DNA from: Candidatus Methylomirabilota bacterium
GTDB lineage: Bacteria > Methylomirabilota > Methylomirabilia > Rokubacteriales > CSP1-6
Reading direction: 5' to 3'
Length of the DNA: 64,000 bases
Assembly: GCA_035762565.1 (NCBI GenBank)
Contig: DASTOJ010000005.1
Location: 23,794 to 87,793 of the forward strand
A program made the translations under genes and the position numbers. How positions within the stretch are numbered: position 1 is the stretch's first letter; each line of letters starts with the position of its first letter. Of the stretch, positions 44,343 through 53,599 are shown one piece after another. Under the pieces are notes generated by a model, which searched no databases, had not been told where the DNA came from, and saw only the letters and a program-made list of their open reading frames with translations.

Positions 44343-45871
44343 TGTCCGTCGCGCGGCGGTTCCACGACGCGACGACCCACACGCCGTACTCCATCCGCAC
44401 CAGCGGGCACACGCTGGACTGGGACAACAAGCCGTTTCCCTTCAAGGTGTACACGGACGCGCCGGCGATGGCGCTGCCGCGGGAGATCGACGTGGTGGCC
44501 ACGCCAGCCGTCCAGGCGCTCGCCGCGCCGGGGCCGCCGGCGGCGCGGCTGACCCTCGCGGCGCTGACCTCCGTCCTCTACTACTCGGCCGGCGTCACCA
44601 AGAAGAAGACGTATCCCGGCGGGGGCGAGGTGCTGTTCCGGGCCGCGGCCTCCACCGGCGCGCTGTACCAGACCGAGGTCTACGTGATCGCCGGCGACGT
44701 GGACGGCCTCGAGCCCGGGCTCTACCACTTCTGCCCGGGCGACTTCACCCTGCGCCGGCTGCGTGGCGCCGACGTGCGCGCCCCGCTGGCCGAGGCCGCC
44801 GCCGAGCCGGCGCTCGCCCGGCGGGCGGCGACGCTGGTGTTGACCGGTATCTTCTGGCGCAACACGTGGAAGTACCAGGCGCGCGGCTACCGCCATCTCT
44901 TCTGGGACTCGGGCACGATGCTCGCCAACGCGCTCGCCGTCGGGGGCGCGCTCGGGCTCGCGCCGCACCTGCTCACCGGCTTCGTCGACGACGCGGTCAA
45001 CCAGCTCCTGGGCGTCGATCCGGCCCGCGAGGCCGCGCTGGAGCTGCTGGTGGCGGGGCCCGAGGGCGCGTCGGCGCCGACGGTGGGCGACCTGCCGCCG
45101 CTCGACCACGGCGTGATGCCGCTGTCGGGCGAGGAGGTCGACTATGCAGCGCTGCGCGAGATCCACCGGGCCTCCAGCCTGAAGAGCCCTGCCGAGGTGG
45201 TGGCGTGGCGCGCGCGAGCGGCGCCGCCGCCTCGGGAGCCACGGGGCGCGATCATCGCCCTGCCGGAGCCGGCGCGCGAGAGCCGGCCGCTCGGCGAGGC
45301 GATCCAGCGCCGCGGCTCGACGCGGCGCTTCGGCCACGCGGCGCTGTCCGCGCCGGAGCTGGCGACCGCGCTGGGGGCCGCCACGCTGCCGGTGCCGGCC
45401 GACACACCGGGCGGGCTCGTCGACCTCTACGTCATCGTCAACGCGGTCGAGGGCGTCGCGCCCGGCGCCTACGCGTATTGGCCTGGCCGCGGACTGGAGC
45501 TGGTGCGCGCGGGCGAGCTCCGGCGCGAGGCGGCTTATCTCACGCTCGAGCAGGCCCTCGGCGGCGACGCGGCGGCGACGATCTTCTTCCTGGCTCCGCT
45601 CGACGCGATCCTCGCCGCGTGGGGTGACCGCGGTTATCGGCTCGCCAACCTCGAGGCCGGCATCGGCGGGGGCCGCGCATATCTGGCGGCGTACGGCCTG
45701 GGCTTCGGCGCCAGCGGGCTCACGTTCTACGACAGCGAGGTGGTCCGCTTCTTCTCGCCGCACGCGGCGGGAGGCGATGCGATCTTCGTCACCGCGCTCG
45801 GGCGCGCGGGGTCGGCCCGGGACAGCATGCTACTATCGAACACGATCCAGCCGCCCACGAGGAGGTCGTGA
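44342..45871 (+). CDS. SagB/ThcOx-type dehydrogenase (double nitroreductase-fold) family protein
   Basis: The ATG shares a base with the mtnA stop. Motifs: FHDATTHTPYS, KPFPFKVY, RAAASTGALYQTEVYV, GLYHF, KYQARGYRHLFWDSG. A second nitroreductase-like half contains RRGSTRRF and GYRLANLEAG. Confidence 0.7.
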   Translation: MSVARRFHDATTHTPYSIRTSGHTLDWDNKPFPFKVYTDAPAMALPREIDVVATPAVQALAAPGPPAARLTLAALTSVLYYSAGVTKKKTYPGGGEVLFRAAASTGALYQTEVYVIAGDVDGLEPGLYHFCPGDFTLRRLRGADVRAPLAEAAAEPALARRAATLVLTGIFWRNTWKYQARGYRHLFWDSGTMLANALAVGGALGLAPHLLTGFVDDAVNQLLGVDPAREAALELLVAGPEGASAPTVGDLPPLDHGVMPLSGEEVDYAALREIHRASSLKSPAEVVAWRARAAPPPREPRGAIIALPEPARESRPLGEAIQRRGSTRRFGHAALSAPELATALGAATLPVPADTPGGLVDLYVIVNAVEGVAPGAYAYWPGRGLELVRAGELRREAAYLTLEQALGGDAAATIFFLAPLDAILAAWGDRGYRLANLEAGIGGGRAYLAAYGLGFGASGLTFYDSEVVRFFSPHAAGGDAIFVTALGRAGSARDSMLLSNTIQPPTRRS

Positions 45872-45875
45872 GCCG

Positions 45876-47018
45876 ATGAAGAAGTACCAGCTGATGGCGC
45901 CCGGACCGACGCCGGTGCCGAGCGAAGTGCTGCTGGCCATGGCGCAGCCGATGATCCACCACCGCACGCCCGAGTACGAGGCGCTGTTCGCGGAGGTGCG
46001 GGCCGGGCTCAAGCGGCTCTTCCAGACCTCGCAGGAAGTGATCCCGCTGGCGTGCTCGGGCACCGGGGCGATGGAAGCCGCGGTCGTGAACACACTGTCG
46101 GCGGGCGACACGGTGGTCGCGGTCGTCGCCGGCAAGTTCGGCGAGCGCTGGCTCGAGCTCTGCCGGGCCTACGGGCTGGAGGTCATCGGGCTCACCGCGC
46201 CGTTCGGCGAGACCGTGGCGGCCGAGCGCGTCGCCGAGACCCTGCGGGCCAACCCGGGGGTGAAGGCGGTGCTCGCGCAGCACAGCGAGACGTCCACCGG
46301 CGTGCTCCACGACGTGCGCGCCTACGCCGCCGCCACCCGCGACACCGGCGCGATCCTCATCGTGGACGCGGTCTCCAGCCTCGGCATCGCCGATCTCCGG
46401 ATGGACGCCTGGGGCCTGGACGTGGTGGTCTGCGGCTCGCAGAAGGGCCTCATGCTGCCGCCCGGGCTCGGCTTCTGCGCCCTCAGCGACAAGGCGTGGG
46501 CGCTGAACAAGACCGCGCGACTGCCGCGCTACTACCTGGACCTCGCCGCCGAGCGCAGGACCGTCCTCAAGAACGAGGCGCACTTCACGCCGGCGGTGTC
46601 GATCGTCATCGGGCTCCGGACGGTGCTCGACATGCTGGAGCGCGAGGGCCTGCCCAACGTCTTCAAGCGCCACGACCGGCTGGCCCGCGCCACCCGGGCG
46701 GGGGTCGAGGCCCTCGGCCTGGGGTTGTTCTGCAAGGCGACGCCGAGCCCGGCGGTCACGGCCGTCACGCCGCCGCCCGGCGTGGACAGCGAGGCGATCG
46801 TGAAGGCCTACTCGAAGACCCACAACATCACGATCGCGGGCGGGCAGGGGGAGATGAAGGGCAGGCTCTTCCGCCTGGGCCACATGGGCTACGCCGCCGA
46901 GTTCGACGTGATCGCGGCCCTGGCGGCGCTCGAGCAGGTGCTCGCCGAGATCGGCCAGCCGGTGGACTTCGGCGCCGGCCTGCGCGGGGCCCAGAAGGTC
47001 TTCGCCGAGAAGTCGTGA
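45876..47018 (+). CDS. class V aminotransferase (serine-glyoxylate/phosphoserine aminotransferase-like)
   Basis: ATG after GAGGAGG. Motifs: MAPGPTPVPSEVL, SGTGAMEAAV, HSETSTG, GSQKGLM (PLP lysine context). Confidence 0.85.
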   Translation: MKKYQLMAPGPTPVPSEVLLAMAQPMIHHRTPEYEALFAEVRAGLKRLFQTSQEVIPLACSGTGAMEAAVVNTLSAGDTVVAVVAGKFGERWLELCRAYGLEVIGLTAPFGETVAAERVAETLRANPGVKAVLAQHSETSTGVLHDVRAYAAATRDTGAILIVDAVSSLGIADLRMDAWGLDVVVCGSQKGLMLPPGLGFCALSDKAWALNKTARLPRYYLDLAAERRTVLKNEAHFTPAVSIVIGLRTVLDMLEREGLPNVFKRHDRLARATRAGVEALGLGLFCKATPSPAVTAVTPPPGVDSEAIVKAYSKTHNITIAGGQGEMKGRLFRLGHMGYAAEFDVIAALAALEQVLAEIGQPVDFGAGLRGAQKVFAEKS

Positions 47019-48637
47019 AGCGCGTCCTCGTGGTCGATGCGCTCCAGGCCGTCGGCGTCGACGCCCTCCGCAAGCACGGGCTCGAGGTGGAGGTCGCCGG
47101 CACGCTCGACGAGCGGGCGCTCAGCGCGCGCATTGCCGACGTCGAGGGCCTGATCGTCCGCAGCGCCACCCGGGTCACGCGGGCGGCCATCGCGGCGGGC
47201 GCGCGGCTGGAGGTGATCGGCCGGGCGGGGGCCGGCGTGGACACCATCGACGTCGACGCCGCCACCGAGCGTGGCATCGTCGTGATGAACACACCGGGCG
47301 GCAACACCACCGCGGTGGCCGAGCACACCCTGGCGCTGCTGCTGGCGCTGGCCCGCCGCATCCCGCTCGCCGACGCCACGCTCAAGGCGGGCCGCTGGGA
47401 GAAGAACCGGCTGCAGGGCGTGGAGCTGTTCGGCAAGGCGCTCGGCATCCTGGGGCTCGGCCGCATCGGCGGCGAGGTGGCGCGCCGCGCGCTCGGCTTC
47501 CGCATGCAGGTGCTCGCCTACGATCCCTACCTCACGCGCGAGGCGGCCGAGCGGCTGGGCGTCGAGAGCGTCGAGCTGGACGAGCTGCTGGCCCGCAGCG
47601 ACTTCATCACGATCCACACGCCGCTCACCGGCGACACGCGCCATCTGATCGGCGCCGCCGAGCTGGGCCGCATGAAGCCAGGCGTGCGGCTCATCAACTG
47701 CGCGCGGGGCGGGATCATCGACGAGACCGCGCTGGCGCAGGCGCTCACCTCCGGCCACGTGGGCGGCGCCGCCATCGACGTCTTCGAGCAGGAGCCGCCG
47801 CCGGCCGACCATCCGCTCCTGCACTTCGAGCAAGTGGTGGTGACGCCGCACCTGGGGGCGGCCACCGACGAGGCCCAGGCCGCGGTGGCGCTGGCCATCG
47901 CCGACCAGGTGGCCGATGCGCTGGTGCGCGGGGTCGTGGCCAACGCGGTGAACCTGCCCGCGGTCGACGCCGAGACGCTGCGCGAGCAGGCGCCCTACGC
48001 GGGGCTGGCGGCGGCGATGGGCCGCTTCCTCGCCCAGATGGCCGAGGGCCGGATGGCCGAGGCGCGACTGACCTACGCGGGTGACGTGGCGGCAAGGCCG
48101 ACCGCGCCGCTCACGCTGGCGTTCCTGCGCGGCCTGCTCGGCACGATCCTGGCCGAGCACGTGACCGACGTGAACGCGATGCTCGTCGCCCGGAGCCGCG
48201 GCCTGCGGGTGACCGAGACCTCCACCAGCGAGAGCGCCGGCTACGCCAGCCTGCTCACTGCCGAGCTGCGCACCGACCGCGGCGTCTGCTCGGTGGCCGG
48301 CAGCCTGTTTCACCGGCGCGAGCCGCGCTTCGTGGCGATCGACGGCTTCTCGCTGGAGGCGGTGCCGCAGGGTTACATGCTCGTCTTCGCCAACCAGGAC
48401 GTGCCGGGCGTGGTCGGTCGCATCGGCACGCTGTGCGGGCGCCACGGCATCAACATCGCCGGCATGCAGCTCGGGCGCGAGCGCCGCGGCGGCCGCGCGG
48501 TGTCGATCCTCAACCTCGACGACCCGATGCCCGCCGCCGCGCTGGACGAGATCCGCGCGATGCCCGACATCGTGTCCGCGCGACTCATTCATCTCGGAGG
48601 GGGGCTTCGCCACCCTTCCGACGCTCCGCGGGCCTGA
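47015..48637 (+). CDS. serA: D-3-phosphoglycerate dehydrogenase (long form with ASB and ACT domains)
   Basis: GTGA overlap with the upstream gene. Motifs: GRAGAGVDTIDV, GLGRIGGEVA, HTPLT, NCARGG, PHLGA. C-terminal ACT-like stretch VPGVVGRIGTLCGRHGINIAGMQLGR. Confidence 0.9.
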   Translation: MKRVLVVDALQAVGVDALRKHGLEVEVAGTLDERALSARIADVEGLIVRSATRVTRAAIAAGARLEVIGRAGAGVDTIDVDAATERGIVVMNTPGGNTTAVAEHTLALLLALARRIPLADATLKAGRWEKNRLQGVELFGKALGILGLGRIGGEVARRALGFRMQVLAYDPYLTREAAERLGVESVELDELLARSDFITIHTPLTGDTRHLIGAAELGRMKPGVRLINCARGGIIDETALAQALTSGHVGGAAIDVFEQEPPPADHPLLHFEQVVVTPHLGAATDEAQAAVALAIADQVADALVRGVVANAVNLPAVDAETLREQAPYAGLAAAMGRFLAQMAEGRMAEARLTYAGDVAARPTAPLTLAFLRGLLGTILAEHVTDVNAMLVARSRGLRVTETSTSESAGYASLLTAELRTDRGVCSVAGSLFHRREPRFVAIDGFSLEAVPQGYMLVFANQDVPGVVGRIGTLCGRHGINIAGMQLGRERRGGRAVSILNLDDPMPAAALDEIRAMPDIVSARLIHLGGGLRHPSDAPRA

Positions 48638-48787
48638 CGGCCCGCTTCGCTGCCTTCCCCCGGAACAGGCTGGCGCCGGCGGAGCCGGCGCTCGAAGTGC
48701 CTGATCCGGCGCGCGAGAGGGCGGTCCGTGTTCAGGAATCCGTGGGGCGCCGGATGCGGCGGACGGGTCTGGGCTGGGGCGATGGGA

Positions 48788-48793
48788 TAGAAT
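48788..48793 (+). promoter_or_regulatory. putative -10 box (TAGAAT) 9 nt upstream of GTG 48803
   Basis: GGGATAGAATGAGCGGGTTGTG. There is no Shine-Dalgarno-like purine run in the gap. Confidence 0.35.
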
Positions 48794-48802
48794 GAGCGGG
48801 TT

Positions 48803-49435
48803 GTGAAGCCGGTCAGGCTCTTCGCTGTGCGGCATGGGGACACGGAGTTCGCGCGCGAGAGGCGGTTCGCGGGCGGCCGTGACGTGCCGCTCACCCCGCG
48901 GGGGCGGCTGCAGTGCGAGGCGGTGGCGCGCGCGCTGGCGGAGACGGTCGTGAGCGCCGTCTACGCGAGCCCGCTGTCCCGCGCCCGGGCCTCGGCGGCG
49001 CCCATCGCGGCCCCGCACAAGCTCGACGTGCGGGTGGAGCCGGACTTCCGCGAGATGGCCTTCGGGGAGTGGGAGGGGCTGACCCGGGCCGACGTGGCGG
49101 TGCGCTTCCCGGAGGCGTTCGCGGCGTGGGCCGCGTCGCCCCACCTGGTCGAGCCGCCGGGCGGCGAGCGGCTCGACCAGGTGGCCGCCCGCGTGGCCCG
49201 GGGCGTGGCGGCGCTGTGCGAGGCGCACGCCGGCGGGACCGTGGTGCTGGTCTCGCACGCGATCGTCACGCGGCTGATCGTGCTGGCCGCGCTGGGACTC
49301 GGCCCCGACCGGCTGTGGTCGGTCGACGCCTCGCCGGCCGGCATCACCGAGATCGAGTACCAGGACGACTGGGTCACCGTGCACCGCATGAACACGCTCA
49401 TCCATCTCGATGAGCTCGACGAGGCGCCCGCGTGA
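48803..49435 (+). CDS. histidine phosphatase family protein (phosphoglycerate-mutase-like)
   Basis: Motifs: LFAVRHGDTEF (RHG), LTPRG, ASPLSRA, GGERL, VSHA. Confidence 0.8.
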   Translation: MKPVRLFAVRHGDTEFARERRFAGGRDVPLTPRGRLQCEAVARALAETVVSAVYASPLSRARASAAPIAAPHKLDVRVEPDFREMAFGEWEGLTRADVAVRFPEAFAAWAASPHLVEPPGGERLDQVAARVARGVAALCEAHAGGTVVLVSHAIVTRLIVLAALGLGPDRLWSVDASPAGITEIEYQDDWVTVHRMNTLIHLDELDEAPA

Positions 49436-50745
49436 GGCCGGTGCACACGCAGCTGCCGAAGGGCGCGCGCATCTACCTGCCCGACGAGGCGGCGCGCAAG
49501 CGGCACGTCGAGGCGCGGCTCTTCGACGTCTTCCGGCGCTGGGGCTATCGCGAGATCGTCACGCCGTCGTTCGAGTACGCCGACGTGCTCGCCGCCGGCA
49601 CCGACGTGGCGGTGCAGGAGAACATGTTCAAGCTGGTCGACCGCGAGACCGGGCGCATGCTGGCGCTGCGCGCCGACATCACGCCGCAGATCGCCCGCAT
49701 CGTCGCGACCCGCCTGCGGGACGAGCCCAAGCCGCTGCGCCTGGGCTACGTCACCAACGTCTTCCGCTACGACGAGCCGCGGGTGTCGCACTACCGCGAG
49801 TTCTACCAGGCCGGCGTCGAGCTGCTCGGCCTGGAGAAGCCGGAGGCCGAGGTCGAGGTCCTCGCGATGGCGATCGAGGGGCTGCGCGCCCTCGGGCTCG
49901 AGCGGTTCCAGCTCGACCTCGGCCACCCCGATTTCTTCCGCGGCCTGCTCGAGGAGGTCAAGGCCGACGCCGCGCAGCAGCAGGAGCTGCGAGAGGCGCT
50001 GGCCCGCAAGGACGCCGGCACGCTGGAGCGGGTGGTGGGGGAGATCGCGCCGCCGGCCCACGTCGGGGACGCGCTGTGCGCCCTGCCCGCGCTGTTCGGC
50101 CACGCTGCCGTGCTGGAGCAGGCGGCCACCCACGCCCGCAACGAGCGCTCGGCGCGGGCGGTGGCCAACCTCTCCGAGGTCTACCGGCTGCTCACGATCT
50201 ACGGGCTCGCCGACGGCGTGCTGATCGACCTCGGCGAGGTGCGCGGCTTCGACTACTACTCGGGCACCTACTTCGAGGCGTACGTGGCGGGCTTCGGCGC
50301 CTCGGTGGCCGGCGGCGGGCGCTACGATCACATGCTCGGCAGGTTCGGCTTCGAGTGTCCCGCCGTCGGCTTCGCCTTCGACGTCGCCCGCGTGCTGGCG
50401 GTCATGGAGGCGCAGGGCGTGGACGTGGCCCTGGCCGGGCCCGACTTCTTCATCATCGACTTCACGCGCGAGAAGACCGCCGCCCTGTCGCTGGCCCGCC
50501 GCCTGCGCGACCGGGGGGCCTCCGTCGCGCGCGACATCATCAGCCGCGGGCTCGAGGAGTCGATCGCCTACGCGCGCGCCCAGCGGGTGCGGCACGTGCT
50601 GGTCGTGGGCAGCCCCCGCACGGGCGCCGACCAGCTGCTGGCGCTGGACCTGGTGCGCGGGGGCGAGCGGACGCTGTCGGTGCGCGAGGTGCTGGACCAC
50701 CCCGAGCGACACTTCGGGGGAGTCGAGGAGGGCAGCCATGCCTAA
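49432..50745 (+). CDS. hisZ: ATP phosphoribosyltransferase regulatory subunit HisZ
   Basis: Class-II aaRS-like but lacking an anticodon domain. Motifs: LPKGARIYLPDEA, GYREIVTPSFEY, ALRADITPQIAR, REFYQAGVELLG, YYSGTYFE. Confidence 0.85.
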   Translation: MRPVHTQLPKGARIYLPDEAARKRHVEARLFDVFRRWGYREIVTPSFEYADVLAAGTDVAVQENMFKLVDRETGRMLALRADITPQIARIVATRLRDEPKPLRLGYVTNVFRYDEPRVSHYREFYQAGVELLGLEKPEAEVEVLAMAIEGLRALGLERFQLDLGHPDFFRGLLEEVKADAAQQQELREALARKDAGTLERVVGEIAPPAHVGDALCALPALFGHAAVLEQAATHARNERSARAVANLSEVYRLLTIYGLADGVLIDLGEVRGFDYYSGTYFEAYVAGFGASVAGGGRYDHMLGRFGFECPAVGFAFDVARVLAVMEAQGVDVALAGPDFFIIDFTREKTAALSLARRLRDRGASVARDIISRGLEESIAYARAQRVRHVLVVGSPRTGADQLLALDLVRGGERTLSVREVLDHPERHFGGVEEGSHA

Positions 50746-52063
50746 CATCGTGGTGGTGGGGGCGCAGTGGGGCGACGAGGGCAAGGGCAAGGTCGTCGAC
50801 GTCATCACCCCCCACGTCAACGTCGTCGTGCGCTTCCAGGGCGGCAACAACGCCGGCCACACGGTGGTCGTCGGCCGCGAGAAGTACGTCCTGCACACGA
50901 TCCCCTCGGGGATCTTGCACAACGGCTGCCGCTGTGTGATCGGCTGCGGCGTGGTCGTCGACCCGGGCTCGCTGATCGAGGAGATGGAGTCGCTCGTGCA
51001 GCGCGGCGTCACGCTCGACGGCAACCTCTACATCTCCAAGAACGCGCACCTGATCATGCCCTACCACCCGGCGCTCGACCGGGCCTCGGAGGCCAAGCTG
51101 GGCTCCCGCCGCATCGGCACGACCGGCAAGGGCGTGGGCCCCGCCTACGTGGACAAGGCGGCCCGGGTCGGCATCCGCATGGCCGACCTGCTCGACGAGC
51201 GGCTCTTCCGGGAGAAGCTCGAGGCCAACCTGGCCCACAAGAACCGGCTGCTGCGCGAGTTCTACGACGCCGAGACGTTCGGGGTGGAGGCGATCCTCAA
51301 CCAGTACCTGCGCTACGCGGGGTGGCTGGCGCCCTACATCACCGACACCGCGTTGCTGCTCAGCAAGTGGATCGACAGCGGCTACTCGGTGCTGTTCGAG
51401 GGCGCCCAGGCCACGATGCTCGACATCGACCACGGCACGTACCCCTACATCACCTCGTCGTCGACCACCGCCGGCGGCGCCGCCACCGGCACCGGCGTGC
51501 CGCCGACCAAGATCCACGGCGTGCTCGGCGTGGCCAAGGCCTATTCCACGCGGGTGGGCGGGGGGCCGTTCCCCACGGAGATGAAGGGCGCGCTGGTCGA
51601 GCAGATCCGGGCCCGCGGCAACGAGTACGGCTCGACCACCGGCCGGCCCCGCCGGTGCGGCTGGTTCGACGGCGTCGTGCTGCGCTACGCCGTGCGCATC
51701 AACGGCTTCGACACGGTGGCGCTGACCAAGCTCGACGTCCTCGACCAGTGCGAGACGGTGAAGGTGTGCACGGGCTACCGCTGGCGGGGCGACATCATCA
51801 CCGACTTCCCCGAGGAAGAGACGGCCATGGCCCAGCTGGAGCCGGTCTACGAGGAGATCTCGGGATGGATGAGCTCGACGGTCGGCGCCAAGAACGAGGT
51901 CGACCTGCCGGCCAAGGCGCGCCGCTATCTCGAGCGGCTCGAAGAGCTGATCGGCGTGCCCTTCTGCCTGATCTCCACCGGCGCCCAGCGCGACGAGACG
52001 ATCGTGTGCGAGGACTCCCCGCTGCTGCGCTGGTATCCCTCGGTGCGCTCGAGCCTGATGTGA
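50738..52063 (+). CDS. purA: adenylosuccinate synthase
   Basis: Motifs: GAQWGDEGKGK, GGNNAGHT, GTTGKGVGPAY, GAQATMLDIDHGTYPY, GTTTGRPRRCGW. Confidence 0.95.
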   Translation: MPNIVVVGAQWGDEGKGKVVDVITPHVNVVVRFQGGNNAGHTVVVGREKYVLHTIPSGILHNGCRCVIGCGVVVDPGSLIEEMESLVQRGVTLDGNLYISKNAHLIMPYHPALDRASEAKLGSRRIGTTGKGVGPAYVDKAARVGIRMADLLDERLFREKLEANLAHKNRLLREFYDAETFGVEAILNQYLRYAGWLAPYITDTALLLSKWIDSGYSVLFEGAQATMLDIDHGTYPYITSSSTTAGGAATGTGVPPTKIHGVLGVAKAYSTRVGGGPFPTEMKGALVEQIRARGNEYGSTTGRPRRCGWFDGVVLRYAVRINGFDTVALTKLDVLDQCETVKVCTGYRWRGDIITDFPEEETAMAQLEPVYEEISGWMSSTVGAKNEVDLPAKARRYLERLEELIGVPFCLISTGAQRDETIVCEDSPLLRWYPSVRSSLM

Positions 52064-52070
52064 AGGGCCC

Positions 52071-52454
52071 ATGGCGTTGAAGCGGATCCTCATCGTCGAC
52101 GACGAGCCGGAGCTGATCGACCTGCTCCGGGAGCACTTCGAGGGCCGCTACGACGTCGACACCGCCACGTCGGGCGCCGCCGCCATCGAGCGCTTCGTCC
52201 GCCAGCGTCCCGACGTCGTCTTCCTCGACATCAACATGCCGGGCGCCAGCGGTGTCGAGGTCCTCAAGCTCCTCAAGCAGACCGACCCCGGCACTCCGGT
52301 GATCATGGTCACCGCCAACCCCGAGATCCCGGTCGCCGAGGAGTGCCTGAAGCAGGGTGCCCTGAGCTACGTGCCCAAGCCCTTCAATCTGGTCTACATG
52401 GACCACATGGCGGCCGTGGCCGTCGCACAGAAGCGCGACCCCCGGCATCGCTGA
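52071..52454 (+). CDS. single-domain response regulator (CheY-like receiver)
   Basis: Motifs: ILIVDDEPEL, VVFLDINMPGASG, VIMVTAN, YVPKPF. Confidence 0.85.
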   Translation: MALKRILIVDDEPELIDLLREHFEGRYDVDTATSGAAAIERFVRQRPDVVFLDINMPGASGVEVLKLLKQTDPGTPVIMVTANPEIPVAEECLKQGALSYVPKPFNLVYMDHMAAVAVAQKRDPRHR

Positions 52455-52483
52455 GAGCTGGGGCCCGCTCGCGCGTTGGGGGT

Positions 52484-52510
52484 GTGGGGGGCCATATCGG
52501 GGCCCCCCAC
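52484..52510. terminator. bidirectional GC hairpin between convergent genes
   Basis: GTGGGGGGCC (52484-52493), loop ATATCGG, GGCCCCCCAC (52501-52510). Confidence 0.5.
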
Positions 52511-52515
52511 GTCCT

Positions 52516-53154
52516 TCAGACCCGGACCTCGCTCGGAGACTGCGGCATCGCTTGCAGCCGCCGCGAAATGTCGTTGACGGGCTTCTGCAGCGCTGCCAGG
52601 TGCTCGACGAGCGCGCTGAAAGTCTCGACGACGCTCGTCCGCTCGGTCCGGTGGAACTCGAGGTCGCCACGCAGCTCGGCGATCTCGCGACGGGCCTCCG
52701 CCAGCTCCGTCCTCAGCCGGTCGTTGTCCTGCTCGACGACCTCCAACCGCCCGCGGAGCCGGTCCCGGTCCTCCAGGTAGGCGGGGACGAGCCGACCGAT
52801 CAGATACTGGCTCTCCTCCAGCCACCGGTCGACGCGCTGTCGGCTCTCCAGGTCCTCGATGCTCTCCATGCTCGTTATGACCTCCTTGCCGGCTGGTTCG
52901 TGGTTCGTGGCGTAGCCCTCGCCGGCCGCGGCGGTCAGCCGGATGACCGCGACGCGCTGCGACGAGAGCAGCTCCCTGGAGCGTGACGCGCGACGTTCAC
53001 CGAGGGGCCCGCCGGCCGGCAGGTCTCGGCGGCGTCGGTCGAGGATGACCTGGGTGCCGGCGTCGGCTTCGAACCGGGCCCGCAGGTAGTGATAGAGCGC
53101 CTCTTCAGAGGCGGAGACGACGACGAGGTAGGTACACGCGACGTGGCTCTCCAC
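52516..53154 (-). CDS. hypothetical protein: N-terminal VILDRR-motif domain plus C-terminal coiled coil
   Basis: YLVVVSASEEALYHYLRARFEADAGTQVILDRRRRD aligns with the protein at 6031..6267. The C-terminal half is heptad-rich: LEVVEQDNDRLRTELAEARREIAELRGDLE. Confidence 0.6.
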   Translation of the reverse strand: MESHVACTYLVVVSASEEALYHYLRARFEADAGTQVILDRRRRDLPAGGPLGERRASRSRELLSSQRVAVIRLTAAAGEGYATNHEPAGKEVITSMESIEDLESRQRVDRWLEESQYLIGRLVPAYLEDRDRLRGRLEVVEQDNDRLRTELAEARREIAELRGDLEFHRTERTSVVETFSALVEHLAALQKPVNDISRRLQAMPQSPSEVRV

Positions 53155-53236
53155 CGGTTTCAGTGAGCACGCCCCTCCAAGATGTTGTGGCCGTGGCGCA
53201 CTCTAGCAACGACCTGTGGACATCCGCAAGTGAAAA

Positions 53237-53599
53237 CTATCGACGACCCACCAGCGCGTCGACGGCCTCCACCAGATCGTTCACGTTGAACGGCTTCGTG
53301 AACGTCCGCGCGACCTGCACCTCGCCGGCCGCGTCGAGAAACTCCTGGCCGGCCACCCCGGAAATCGCAATCATCGTCGTCGGCGGCTCCATGCGGCCCA
53401 GCTCGCGCACCAGGTCGATCCCCGAGCGGCCGGGCATGAAGATGTCGGTGATGACGAGGTCCGGCTGCTGCGCCCGATAGACCCGGAGCCCTTCCCGTCC
53501 GTCGTCCGCCGTCACGACGCGATGACCGGCCTGCTCGAGCGCCTCGCGCAGCACGGCCCGCACCCCGGCGTCGTCATCGACCACGAGGACCAGAGCCAT
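53237..53599 (-). CDS. single-domain response regulator (CheY-like receiver)
   Basis: Motifs: VLVVDDDAGVR, LVITDIFMPGRSG, IAISG, FTKPF. Confidence 0.85.
   Translation of the reverse strand: MALVLVVDDDAGVRAVLREALEQAGHRVVTADDGREGLRVYRAQQPDLVITDIFMPGRSGIDLVRELGRMEPPTTMIAISGVAGQEFLDAAGEVQVARTFTKPFNVNDLVEAVDALVGRR

Noticed and set aside
48640-48790. Nested inverted repeats in the serA-phosphatase spacer, considered as a possible riboswitch or sRNA: GCGCCGG-CGGAG-CCGGCGC, and ATCCGGCGC...GCGCCGGAT enclosing ~37 nt.
   Set aside because: I recognised no resemblance to any riboswitch class. The first hairpin is more simply a serA terminator-like structure, and GC-rich spacers readily form such stems.
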